From Octopus sinensis (lineage: Eukaryota), in the NCBI RefSeq assembly GCF_006345805.1, contig NC_042997.1, forward strand, positions 91,264,001 to 91,328,000: 64,000 bases of DNA, in the 5' to 3' direction. Positions 25,198 to 38,179 of this stretch are shown here, piece after piece. Made by a program: the position numbers and the translations under genes. The notes beneath the pieces were generated by a model, which worked only from the letters and a program-made list of their open reading frames with translations, made no database searches and was not told the origin of the DNA. The number at the start of each line of letters is the position of its first letter. Within the stretch, counting starts at the first letter, position 1.

Positions 25198-28030
25198 AAA
25201 TAAGGGTCTGCACCAATTTTCTGACAGGATTAAATGAATGTCTGAAAATTCATAACTATCTGTTACTAAATCCAAAGGAGATTTTTTTCCAAGCTTAATG
25301 GAGGCAAACTCTTTTCTAAATTGGATTTATTGGAAGCTTATTTACAGCTGTGGGTAGATGAAGAATGTTTCAAGCACAAAGGGTTATACAAGTTTAACTG
25401 ACTTCCTCTCAGAATAAGAGTCACACCTGCAATATTTTCAACAGGTTATGGATGCAATGTAAATTCGCAATTCTATACCTGGATGATATATTAATTAAAA
25501 GTGAATCTCGTGATCAGCATGTCAAGCACATAAAGTGTGTTTTTGAAAAAATAAGAGATTATGGTTTCACATTGAGTCAGGAAAAATGTGAATTTTTCTT
25601 ACCTGAAATTATGTAGGACAAATTATTGACAGGAATAGACAACTGGACCTGTCGAGGGTAGACACAATTAAAGATATGTCTCCTCCGACTAATATAACAA
25701 CCTTTATTAGATCTTGCAAATTATTACCAAATGTATATTCCAAGAATGCATGAGCTAAGAGCACTTTTAAACAAACTGCTGAAAAAAGATGTGAAATGGT
25801 GTTGGACTGATGAATGCCAAAAAAGCATTGGAAGAGATTAAAAAAATGTTAACATCAGACACATTTTGATTTGAAACTAAAAATAATTGTAGCATCAGAA
25901 GCTAGTGTGTCTGGGATCCAGAAAGAAAATTACAGCCAGATAGAGAAAGAGGCACTAGCCATTATTTTTGCAGTGAGAAATTTCATAAATTCTTGCATGG
26001 CAGAAAGTTTACCTTGCAGACAGATCACCGTCCACTATTAACAATATATGGATAAAAAAAAAAGTTGTTTCCACATATATGCCAATTGATCACAGTGCTG
26101 GGGGACTACCTTATTAAATTATGATTTCAAAATGGAATTTTTGCCTTTGAAGAAATTGGGACATGCAGATGGGCTGTCAAGATTGATCTTGGAGTATAAG
26201 GAACTGCTAGAAGGTATGGTAATAGCGCCATTAAAATCAGAAATTGAATTAAAAAATATTCTCTGCAATGTAGTGTGGGAATCATCAGTCACATTGGAAG
26301 AGATAAAGCAGAAAAAGATACATTTATTAACAAAATGAAAAAAATAATAATGAACGAGACAAATACAAAAAATTATGTTGCTGAGGGTAACACAGATTCG
26401 AAATACTATTCAATGTGTGACAACGTGTTGATGTACACTCAGAGGGTTGTGATTTCTGATGTATTACAAAATAGAATGCTAAAAGAATTTCACGTAGGAC
26501 ATCCTGGAATTGCAAGGATGAAGTTCTTCATGAGGAGTTATATTTACTGGCCTAGTGTAGATAAAGATATTAAGAAACTGGTGAAAGCATGCAGGGCTGT
26601 GCCCTGGCAGCTAAAGCACTTCCAGTAAAGATTCAACTGTGGCCAAAGACAGATATTCCATGGTCTAGACTACACATAGATTTTACAGAACCACTAAACA
26701 GTGTATATTATCTGGTAGTGGTAGATAGCTACACAAAATGGCCTGAAATTTGTAAGTACAGAAAACCAACTACGAAAATAACTATTGAATTTTTGTATGA
26801 AATATTTGTACATTTTGGAGTGCTAGATACTATAGTGTCGGATAATGGCTTGCAATTTACAGCAAAAGAGTTCAAAGATTTTTGTAAGATGCATCAAATG
26901 GAATATGTCACTACCCTGCCATATCATGAGGTCAAATGGACTTGTTGAGAGGTTCGTAGATACATTTAAAAGAGTGTTGATGAAAACCAGAAACGAATCA
27001 TTAGTGGATAATACACTGACAAAATTTTTACTCATTTATAGAATAACACTAAACCCCAGCATAGAGTTGGGTATGTCACCTGCTGAATTAATGTTTGCGA
27101 GAAAGGTACAATCAGTATTTGATAACTTGTTACTAGGAAGGAAACAGCAAATACAGAAGAATACTGTTAATAATACAAACTATCTCAATATAGGTGATGC
27201 AGTATTTTTTTAAATGTACAAATATGGAAAACAAAGTTGGGAACAAGGATGAATAAGAAAATGTCTTGGTAGAGTAATATATATGGTGAAAGGGAAGACG
27301 TGAGCATTAGAGACATGTAAATCAAAAAAAAAAAAGATACACAGAAGGACAAGAAATGCAGGAAAAGCCTATGGAAATACTATATGACACATTTGATAAT
27401 CGGGCACCTCAGCAAAGGGTTGAACCAGTGTGTAAGTCAACTAGAAAGAGAAAGTGGATGGAGATGTTAGATATTGATTCTAAACAAATAAAAATATGCC
27501 AATTTCTCCTCAAGGAAGTAAAAACAAAAAATAAAGGGAAAGCCAATCTCAAAGGGAAGAGGTGTTGTATGGGAAATCTGTACACTCCTGTGATTGGCGA
27601 AGTGAACTATACTAGTTAGTATAAAGGAGCATGCGCAGAACAGTCTGAGAAGAATGCCACATACACAGTTATATTGTACAGGTTGGAACTATTGAATAGA
27701 GATATTGTGGTGTGCTTGTTGAAGATACACAGTTGGAAAGTAATAAGAGAACATCAGGAACTTTTAATATTACAATAGTTCAGATATAACAGTGACGAGG
27801 AGAAGTCGTACATCATATCAGTTTTCTTTTGTATTTCTTGTTTGGGTATATCCTCCTTTTCCCTTGTTTCACAACTTAGGAGGGAGGAGAACATTTTCTG
27901 TGATAGTTCGTCAATAGGATTGCCTGCATCTTGTTTTCCAGTTCAGTATCCATGTGTACAAATTTTACACAAAAAGAGAAAAAATAAAATAATTCTCCTC
28001 TTAACAGGGAGAATTCAGAAAAACACAACC
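25198..28030 (+). mobile_element. Decayed Ty3/Gypsy LTR retrotransposon (pol remnant plus 3' LTR)
   Basis: [85 protein letters not shown], with many frameshifts; polypurine aaagggaagagg before TGTTGT at 27563. Confidence 0.88.
27563..28030 (+). repeat. Probable 3' LTR of the decayed Gypsy
   Basis: Starts TGTTGT right after a polypurine tract, contains a TATAAA-like site, ends ..acacaac(c); no 5' LTR found. Confidence 0.6.
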
Positions 28031-28850
28031 CTGCCCATGCAGGTAGTGTGTCGAAAAGACACAGAAAGCAGTAAAAGGTGGTAACAAATCAACAACTGGT
28101 AACAATTTAAATAACAAAGTAGTTCAATAAGGCAAACCTACATTCACTTCAGGAGCAGTAAAAAATGTTTGTTTGCAATTCATTTTGATAGATTTTTAAT
28201 CAATGGGTAAAATTTTTTAGTTGATTGGTATGTTTTAATAATTCTTTTTAATCACCTACTTTAGTTGATTTCTATAGACATTTTTCCAGACAGGTCCTTC
28301 TATATATTTTTGTATTTTTATATGTGCATACATACATTTTTTACCTTTGGTGTTTATATATGTATTTCTTTTATATGTTGAAAGCCATGGTACTATTTGT
28401 ATATGATGAAATGTATAGAAGCATGGAGTTATATAAAGTTGTTGGCCCGAATTTGGTGTTTGTTCTCTAATCAATGATTTATATAGTTACTACATATGTG
28501 GAAAATTGGTGTGTTTGTTTGTGGTGTTGTTAGCTAACTCCTCCTACATCGTATTATTGATTTTGATGAAACTTGACACATGAGTAGAACTCTGGTCTGG
28601 AAACCTCATGACATACTTAAATTGTTAAAAAAATCGATAATACGCCCCCTGGAAAGGACTTTTATATCTACCTCATATAACTAATTTTTTTTTAAACACC
28701 CAAAGGGAAATAACCCATAGCACCTGCACAATATTTTTTAAACACTCAAGGGAAATAACCCATTTCATTGTTTATGTTTGATTACGTTGAATATTGATTT
28801 TTGTGTATCCTATTTCTAATTTTTGCAGACAATATCACTTTCATACTTCA

Positions 28851-29240
28851 CTACCAGTATTACCCGACGTTGCTCGGGTTTGTTTCGACCCTTTAGAATT
28901 GGAATTTTTGAAAAGTAAAAATTTTGCATTATGTAGCTTGTTATTCTCTTTAAGTGAACATTTTTTCTGGTTGAAATACACCGAAAAATGGCAACACAAC
29001 AGTCAAAAAATTGTAAAAAATAGGGATTTTCATAGAAAAAGAGCACCTTTTTGATGTAAATAATTTTTGGTGTTAACATGGTCTGATTTGAATTTTTTCT
29101 TTTACGGAAGGAAGAGCAAGCCTTCTTCTATCATACTCTCAATTTTGGTCAACTTGCACCGCAGGGTCTCGGAGGAGATAGTGTTAGTTGAAGGCTACCA
29201 AATCTGCCATACACAGACTTCAGCTTTATATATATAGAGA
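28851..29240 (-). mobile_element. Non-autonomous Helitron (about 390 bp)
   Basis: Minus strand starts TC(TC)TATATATATAAAGC and ends with hairpin cccgagcaacgtcggg then taatactgGTAG (mutated CTAG); 3' end shared with 52065-52467. Confidence 0.75.
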
Positions 29241-29987
29241 TTGGATATGTGAGTAGAACTCATATGTCTGGAAACCTCGTGACATACTTAGATTGTTGAA
29301 AAAATGTCTGGAAACCTCGTGACATGCTTAGATTGTTGAAAAAAATCGATAATAGGGCCCTTCCAATGGATCCTTCTATCTACTACATATTACTAATATT
29401 TTATTTAAACAACCCAAAGGAAATAACCCATACCTGCTGCAGATTTTAGCAAAGAGATCAATATTTGATTCTCATGATCAGCCGACCAAATTCTGCATTT
29501 CACTACTCAAAGTTTTGAACTACTAAACATTATTATTACACTTCCTTCATTTGAAGACTTCATTCATACATTTCTATACATACATTTTTGAATGCCAATT
29601 ACTCTGATAATTCAGCATTTTTATGGTTACACTTTTTCCATGACGTAGTGGTTTCATTCAGGTATAGCGTGGATTCGATCCTCGATTGCCAAATTTCACT
29701 TAACACTTCAACAGTGCTTTTCTCATGGCAAAACAATAAGCAGGATAATGTCTTTGCCTCTTGCCAACCTCTGACAATCATTCTCACCAAACTCCGGAAA
29801 CCTCTCTCAGCAAACTCCAACAATCTCTCCCTCCTCCAGTTGAAAGTTTTTTGTACTTTTTCATGACGGAAAATACGAAAATTCACCTTTTGTGGTAGTT
29901 ATAATGAAATTGCTTTCTTATATCAGAGTAATAAGGCGTTTCAATAGAACATTTTTACCCCCGGGAATTACCGGGTACACCAGCAAG

Positions 29988-30030
<43 letters not shown>

Positions 30031-30406
30031 TTATATATTACGGAGATGTACTTGTATAGCAAATGACCTGATCTGAGATTGTGAGCTGAAACAAAAACAA
30101 TTGCAGCATGGAAGGTGTTTATTAGCCATTTAAAAACACACAAAAACCGTTAGATTCACTTCATAATTTAAATTTAATTTGCCAAAATATTTTTGTCACT
30201 TTGAGACTGTAACCTATTCACTGACAAAGTCCTGTGCTGCTTCACATGATGCACACACACACACACACACACACACGCATACACAAACACACGCATGCAC
30301 ACACACACACTTATATAGATACATACATACATAAATACATATATGCATATATATATATGCATACACATTCACACACACACACACACACATATACATACAA
30401 TTATAC

Positions 30407-30449
<43 letters not shown>

Positions 30450-30450
<1 letters not shown>

Positions 30451-30606
30451 TTTATTTAAAAGCAGCAGAAATATAACAAAAGCTGTTACTCAGAGTTTTA
30501 CGTTCCCGTTCGTCGGACAGTTTTGTTAAATAAAGCATATTACTCTACCTCTGGTATTTGAGTACTCTTTTTTCCACCTTGATTCACATTTATGTGCTTA
30601 CTCCGG

Positions 30607-30644
<38 letters not shown>

Positions 30645-30661
30645 CACATATATATATATAT

Positions 30662-30694
<33 letters not shown>

Positions 30695-30851
30695 CTTTAT
30701 TTAAAAGCAGCAGAAATATAACAAAAGCTGTTACTCAGAGTTTTACGTTCCCGTTCGTCGGACAGTTTTGTTAAATAAAGCATATTACTCTACCTCTGGT
30801 ATTTGAGTACTCTTTTTTCCACCTTGATTCACATTTATGTGCTTACTCCGG

Positions 30852-30853
<2 letters not shown>
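30450..30853 (-). repeat. Two apparently identical 159-bp (TA)n-embedded repeats (30450-30608, 30695-30853), each with a hammerhead-like fold
   Basis: Units match base for base as read; each contains ctgtccgacgaacgggaacgtaaaactctgagtaacag on the minus strand. Confidence 0.85.
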
Positions 30854-30889
<36 letters not shown>

Positions 30890-30941
30890 CACACATATAT
30901 ATATATATACACACACACACATATATATAATATATATATAC

Positions 30942-31012
<71 letters not shown>

Positions 31013-31127
31013 CATAATCATATATATATATATATTATATTAAATTAGAGATAAAACCACTATTAGGTTTAATCCTAAATCTAATTTTTCCCTGTAAGTT
31101 TGGATTTACTCCCTAATATTATTATAT

Positions 31128-34100
31128 ATCATCATCATCATCATCCTCATTTAACGTCCGCTTTCCATGCTAGCATGGGTTGGACGGTTCAACTGGAGTC
31201 TGGGGAGCCCGAAGGCTGCACCAGGCCAGTCAGATCTGGCAGTGTTTCTACAGCTGGATGCCCTTCCTAACGCCAACCACTCCGAGAGTGTAGTGGGTGA
31301 TTTTATGTGCCACCGACACAGGTGCCAGACGAGGCTGGCGAACGGCCACGCTCGGATGGTGTTTTTTTTTTATGTGCCACTGACACAGGTGCCAGACGAG
31401 GCTGGCAGACGGCCACGCTCGGATGGTGTTTTTATGTGCCACCGACACAAGTGCCAGATGAGGCTGGCGAATGTCCACGATCGGATGGTGTTTGTTACGT
31501 GCCCACAGCACGGAGGCCAGTCGATGCGGTACTGGCTACGGCCACGTTCGGATGGTTTTCTTGTGTGCCACCGGCACTGGTACCACAAAGATACAAATTC
31601 CATTGATGTTCATCTATTTTGATTTGGTTTGATTTTCACTTGCCTCAACAGGTCTTCACAAGTGTCACATACTTGCCTCAACAGGTCTTCACAAGTGTCA
31701 TAAGAAGGAAGGTATGCACAGGTAGACTGACTACGTCCCAGGTAGGGGCCACGGGTTATGGCCTGACTAGTCTTGCCGGGTCTTTGGATGGTGTTTTTAT
31801 GTGCCTCCAACACAGGTGCCAGATGAGGCTGGCGAACGGCCACAATTGGATGGTGTTTGTTACGTGCCCACAGCACGATGTGGTACTGGCTACCGCCACG
31901 TTCGGATGGTTTTCTTGTGTGCCACCGGCATTGGTACCACAAAGATACAAATTCCATTGATGTTCATCTATTTTGATTTGTTTTGATTGGATTTGATTAT
32001 GATTATGATTATGATTATGATTATGATTATTATTATTATTATTATTATTATCACTTGCCTCAACAGGTCTTCACAAGTGTCATTTGATTTGATTAGATTA
32101 GCACTTGCCTCAACAGGTCTTCACAAGTGTCATTTGATTTGATTAGCACTTGCCTCAACAGGTCTTCACAAGTGTCATAAGAAGGAAGGTATGCACAGGT
32201 GGACTGACTACATCCCAGGAAGGGGCCATGGGCTATGGCCTGACTAGTCTTGCCAGGTCTTCGGACAGGTGCCAGATGAGGCTGGCGAACGGCCACGATC
32301 GGATGGCGTTTGTTATGTGCCCACAGCACGGAGGCCAGTCGATGCGGTACTGGCTACAGCCACATTCGAATGGTTTTCTTGTGTGCCACCGGCATTGGTA
32401 CCACAGAGATACAGATTCCATTGATGTTCATTTGTTTTGATTTTTTGATTTGTTGATTTGTTGATTTTCACTTGCCTCAACAGGTCTTCACAAGTGTCAC
32501 AAGAAGGAAGGTATGCACAGGTGGACTCCCAGGTAGGGGCCACCACGATCGGATGGTGTTTGTTATGTGCCCACATCACAGAGGCCAGTCGATGCGGTAC
32601 TGGCTATGGCCACATTCGGATGGTTTTCTTGTGTGCCACCGGTACTGGTACCACAAAGATACAAATTCCATTGATGTTCATCTATTTTGATTTGGTTTGA
32701 TTTGATTTTCACTTGCCTCAACAGGTCTTCACAAGTGTCACACACTTGCCTCTGCCTCAACAAGTGTCACACACTTGCCTCAACAGGTCTTCACAAGTGT
32801 CACACGTGTCACACACTTGCCTCAACAGGTCTCCACAAGTGTCACACACTTGCCTCTGCCTCAACAGGTCTTCACAAAGTGTCACACATTTGCCCCTGCC
32901 TCAACAGGTCTTTACAAGTGTCACACACTTGCCTCAACAGGTCTTCACAAGTGTCATAAGAGGGAAGGTATGCACAGGTGGACTGACTACGTCGCCGGGT
33001 CTTCGGATGGTGTTTTTATGTGCCACCGACACAGGTGCCAGATGAGGCTGGCGAACGGCCACGATCGGATGGTGTTTGTTGTGCCCACAGCACGGAGGCC
33101 AGTCGATGCGGTACTGGCTACGGCCACGTTCGGGTGGTTTTCTTGTGTGCCACCGGCACTGGTACCACAAAGAATACAATTCCATTGATGTTCATCTATT
33201 TTGATTTGTTTTGATTTGATTTTCACTTGCCTCAACAGGTCTTCATAGGTGTCACAAGAAGGAAGGTATGCACAGGTGGACTGACTACGTCCCAGGTAGG
33301 GGCCACGGGTTATGGCCTGACTAGTCTTGCCGGGTCTTCTCACGCACAGCATACTTCCATAGGTCTCGGTCTCTAGACATTTCCTTAGTGAGACCTAAAG
33401 TTCGAAGGTCGTGCTTCACTACCTCGTCCCAGGTTTTCCTGGGTCTACCTCTTCCACAGGTTCCCTCAACTGCTAGGGTGTAGCACTTTTGCACACAACT
33501 ATCTTCAGCCTTTCTCGTCACATGACCATACCAGCGCAGCCGTCTCTCTTGCACACCACAACTGACGTTTCTTAGGTTCAACTTTTCTCTCAAGGAACTT
33601 ACACTCTGACGATTATGAACACTGACATTACACATCCATCGGAGCATACTGGCTTCATTTCTTGCGAGCTTACGCATATCCTCAGCAGTCACGGCCCATG
33701 TTTCACTACCATGTAGCATGGCTGTACGTACACATGCATCATACAGTCTGCCTTTTACTCTGAGCGAGAGGCCTTTTGTCACCAGCAGGGGTAAGAGCTC
33801 TCTAAACTTTGCCCAGGCTATTCTTACTCTAGCAGTTACACTTTCAGCACACCCACCCCCGCTACTGACTTGGTCTCCTAGGTAGCGGAAGCTATCAACT
33901 ACTTCTAGTTTGTCTCCCTGGAATGTGGCAGAAGTTGGTCTCTGCACATTTCCAGTGTTTATTGTTCCTGAGCATTTGCCACAGACAAAAACTATTTTCC
34001 TAGTTAGCCTTCCTTTGACATTGCTGCACCTCTTATGTGTCCATAGCTTACACTTGGTGCATCTTATAGAGTTTCTACCTACACCTTTTTTACAGATCGA

Positions 34101-35178
34101 GCAGGGCCATCTACCTGGAGGCGTTTGTGATTGATCTACCTTCCTACTTATTAGGACTTTGGTTTTGGCTTGGTTGATTCTAAGGCCCTTCGATTCTAAT
34201 CCTTGTTTCCACACCTGAAACCTCTCCTCCAGTTCTGATAGTGACTCAGCAATTAGAGCAAGGTCATCAGCATAGAGGAGCTCCCAGGGGCAACCTGTCT
34301 TGAATTCCTCCGTTATTGCCTGGAGGACTATGATAAATAGGAGGGGACTGAGGACTGAACCTTGGTGGACCCCAACCTCTACCCGGAATTCTTCACTGTA
34401 CTCGTTGCCAACCCTCACCTTACTAGCAGCGTCTCTGTACATGGCTTGCACAGCTCTCACCAACCATTCATCTATCCCTAGTTTCCTCATTGACCACCAG
34501 ATAAGGAATCGGGGGACCCTGTCAAAGGCTTTCTCCAAGTCAACAAAAGCCAGGTACAAGGGCTTATCTTTGGCTAGGTATTTCTCCTGCAGCTGCCTTA
34601 CCAGGAATATAGCATCCGTGGTACTTTTCCCTTGCACGAACCCAAACTGCATCTCATCTAAACTAACTCTCTCTCTAATTAGTTGGGCTATAACCCTCTC
34701 CGTAACCTTCATTACCTGATCCAGCAGCTTGATGCCCCTGTAGTTATTTGTCTCTAGGGCGTCGCCTTTACCTTTGTAGCAGTTGACTATTATGCTGCTA
34801 CACCAGTCATTGGGTATGACCCCCTCGTGTATCACCTGGTTAACTATACGGGTGACTAAGCTATAGCCGACACCACCAGATATTTTGAGCATCTCTGCAG
34901 TAATTCCTGATGGGCCTGGGGCTTTCCCTGTTTTCATGCTTCTAATTGCCTTATCTACTAAGGAACTGTTAACTCGGATTGCTGGTCCCTCTGTTGGGTC
35001 GACATTCGGCAGACTCTCTTTATCCCATTCATTTTCTTCATTCAGCAACCTATCATAGTGGCGTCTCCAAGCCTCTCTCTTTGCATCCTCATTAAGCGCA
35101 AGTGAACCGTCATCCTTGCGAACACATTTCTCTCCTACCACATCACGATTCTCTCTCACACACTGTCTTGCAACACGA
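31128..35178 (-). mobile_element. Young 5'-truncated RTE LINE with amplified 3'UTR
   Basis: Uninterrupted RT ORF 33321-35178, about 2.2 kb of tandemly repeated 3'UTR, (GAT)n tail at 31128-31150, 5' end joined to (TA)n. Confidence 0.95.
33321..35178 (-). CDS. RTE reverse transcriptase (N-terminally truncated) with internal PHD finger
   Basis: GKAPGPSGI, NYRGIKLL, QFGF..GKSTTDAIF, AFVDLEKAFDRV, GVHQGSVLSPLLF, LLYADDL, KTKVL, C-x2-C-x10-C-x2-C-x4-H-x2-C-x14-C-x2-C, FRYLG, RRLRWYGHV, RGRPRKTW. No stop over about 620 codons; the ORF-track start lies in (TA)n. Confidence 0.93.
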
Positions 35179-35193
35179 TATATATATATATAT

Positions 35194-36130
35194 AGGGAGA
35201 GTTTATGAAAAAAACAAAACACGAAGACAGTTGGTGTACAAAATAAACAGACATATTAGTATAACACTCAGGAATAGAAAAAGTCTTTTATGTTTTGAGC
35301 CTATGCTCTTGTACAGAAAGTGACACAGAAAAAAACAAGGAGAGAAAAAATGTGTGTAGTGGCTAACAATCTATATGGCGACAGAAGGATCACACAGGAG
35401 AGCGAAGAAGTAGGGGAGATAACAAAGTAAAGATGACCCCCAACACGAAGGTGTGTATAAGAGAGTAGGTATGTGTGTGTGAAAGAGGGCTGGTGGTCTG
35501 GACTGTGCATGTATTTATATATAACAAAGTGTGAAAATGTGGGAATGGGAATTGGTCAGTGCTGGTGTGTGGGTGGTGTGTTGTGATGTGATGTGTAATG
35601 TTGTATGGTGTGGTGTGATGTTGTTGGGAGGTGGGGGAAGCAAGAATGGGGAAAGCACAGGTGGGGTGTGGGTTCGGCTGAGGGTTGGGGTAGAGTTGGG
35701 GTATGTGGGTAGGCAGAGGGTGGGGGTAGAGGTGGGGTTTGTGGGAGAGTGTGTATGGATTGAATGGGGGGATGGAAAGGATAGGGAAGGTGGAGTGGGA
35801 ATGTGTAGGGGTGGGGTGGGCTTATGGGGGAAGGGGAAGGTGGGTATGTGAGGAGAGAGAGTAAGAGAGAAGAGAAAAAGAGAGTAAGAGAGAAGAGAGA
35901 AAGAGGGAAGAGAGAAAGAGAGTAAGAGAGAAGAGGGAAAGAGAGTAGGGGTGAAGAGAAGTAGGAGGGAAGAGAAGTAGGAGTCGGGGCAAGAGAGGAA
36001 AGTTGGGTGGGAGGAAGTAGGAGGGAGGGCGAGAGAGGCAAGGGGAGGAGGTTAGATGAAGAGGGGAGGAGAGTTGGGCCCAAATGGCGTAAAGGAGCGA
36101 AGAGAGAAGATTAATCCCACGGCGCAAACG
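35194..36130 (-). repeat. Unclassified repeat with G-rich/GA-rich low-complexity body (possibly Penelope-type UTR)
   Basis: Left end (gagagtttatgaaaaaaacaaaa..gacagttggtgta) recurs at about 19885-19940; dense GGG runs at 35620-35845 and AG-rich 35850-36070. Confidence 0.45.
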
Positions 36131-36134
36131 GGAA

Positions 36135-37730
36135 GGATATGAAGCCCAGTAGGAATCACTGCTGAGATGTTTAAAATATGGGTTATGGTCTAGTGACCCA
36201 TATAGTCAATCAGGTTGTCCATGAGGGAGTCATACTCAGTGACTGGTGTAACAGCATCATAGTCAACTACTACAACTGTAAAGGTGATGCCTTACACAGA
36301 AATACTTACAGAGGTATCAAATTCTTGGATTAGATGATGAAAGTTACAGAAAGGTCATAGCCCAACTAAATAGAAAGAGAGTTAGTCTAGATGAGATGCA
36401 GTTTGGTCTTGTGCCAGGGAAAAACACTATTGATGCTATATTCCTGCTAAGGCAGCTGCAGGAGACGTAACTAGCCAAAATAAACTTCTGTACTTGGCTT
36501 TTCTTGACATGGAGAAACACTTTGACGGGGTTCCCTGCTCCCTTATCTGGTGGTCAATGCAGAAACTAGGGATAGATGAGAAGCATGTGAGAGCGGTACA
36601 AGCCATGTACAGTGATGCTGTCAGTAAGGTGAGGGTTGACAATGAGTATAGCAACTAATTCAGGGTACAAGTAGGAGTTCAAGGAACAATCCCCATCCCC
36701 TTCTTGTTCATCATAGTCCTCTAGGCAATTACAGGAGAATTTAAGTCAGGCTTCCCTTGGGAGTTCCTCTATGTTGATGATCCTTTTCTTGTAGCTGAAT
36801 CATTTCCAGAACTAGAGAAGAAATTTGAGGTGTGGAAGCAAGATCTAGAATCAAAAGGCATTAGAATTAATTTAGCAAAGACCAAAGTATTAATAAGTAG
36901 GAAAGCAAACAAATCACAAATCCCTTCAGGTTGATGGCCCTGCTCGATATATAGAAAAGACATAGGCAGAAACTCCATAAAGATGTACCTGATGCAAGTT
37001 ATGGACACATAAGAAGTGCAACAATATCAGAGGAAGATTATGAACATAGAATACCAGGGGTGATACTTAGAAGTAGTTTATAGCTTTTATTATCTAGATG
37101 ACCAAGTTAGCAGCAGAGATGGATGCTCCAAGAGTGTAGCTGCTAGAATATGAATAAGCTGAGCAAAGTTTAGAGATCTGCTACCTTTGTTGTTATCAAA
37201 GAGCCTCTCCCTCAGATTCAAAGGTAGATTGTATCATGCCTGTGTGTGAACAGCCATGCTACATAGCAGTGAAACAGTGACATGCAAAGGCTTGAAAGAA
37301 ATGAAGCTAGTATACTTTGCAGGATGTGCAATGTCAGTGTGCATGTATGACAGAGTGTAAACATCTTGAGAGAAAAATTGGGCATAAAAGGCATCAAATA
37401 TAGTGTGTGAGAGAGATGACTGTGCTGGTATAGTCATGTGATGTGCATGGATGATAAAAGTTGTGCAAAGAAGTGCTGATCTCTAACTGTGGAGGGAACC
37501 TGTGGAAGAGGTAGACCCAGGAAGACATGGGACAAGGTGGTGAAGCAAGATCTTTGACAGTTGGGTCTCAGAGAGGCAATGACAAGTGATTGAGACCTTT
37601 GGTGATTTGCTGTGTTTGAGAAGACTTGTCAAGTGAAAGCATAGTTGTAGCTGGTGTCAGTGACATGTAAAACTGTCTAACCCAGGCCAGCATGGAAAGT
37701 GGACACTAAATGATGCTGATAATGGTGGTA
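36135..37730 (+). mobile_element. Older, decayed RTE copy of the same family
   Basis: Colinear with the reverse complement of 33321-35000 (gatgagatgcagtttgg, tggccctgctcgat, gtggaagaggtagacccaggaagacatggga) with many stops and frameshifts; tail ccagcatggaaagtggacactaaatgatg. Confidence 0.9.
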
Positions 37731-37766
37731 GTGTGTGTGTATGTGTGTATGTATGAGTGTGAGTGA

Positions 37767-37818
<52 letters not shown>

Positions 37819-37832
37819 TGTGTGTGTGTGTG

Positions 37833-38170
37833 TGAATGTGCATGGTGTAGTGGCTAGGGTGTTGCACTCATGATCAAATGATCATGGTTTCAATTCTCAG
37901 ACTGGTTGTGCATTGTGTTCTTGAGAAAAAACACTTCCTTTCATATTGCTCTAATCGACTCAGCTGTAAATGAATAACCATGCAATAGACTAGTGTTCCA
38001 TTCAAGGAGAATGTTGGTCTATCTGTTGAGCCAATGTGGCAGCATCATTCAAAAGCTACAACAATGCAAGGAAGTGCATTGTGACCAGTGATGTCTAATA
38101 ATATCTGTTAATCTGATCAATAATGTGATACTGCGATATCTATTAATCTGATCAATAATGTGATACTATA
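37833..38170 (+). mobile_element. tRNA-derived SINE
   Basis: gcatggtgtagtggctagggtg..ggtttcaattctc..gtgttcttgag..; tail gcattgtgaccagtgatgt shared with 49666-49973. Confidence 0.65.
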
Positions 38171-38179
38171 TATATAGGG

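Noticed and set aside
31630-33250. 31-bp repeat array resembling CRISPR repeats
   Set aside because: Spacers are not unique, units are often adjacent, no cas genes, eukaryotic context; it is part of the RTE 3'UTR.
35285-35325. Hammerhead-like motif (CTGTACAA-GAGC-ATAG-GCTC-AAAAC, minus)
   Set aside because: Stem II pairs, but both core halves deviate too much to call from this copy alone.
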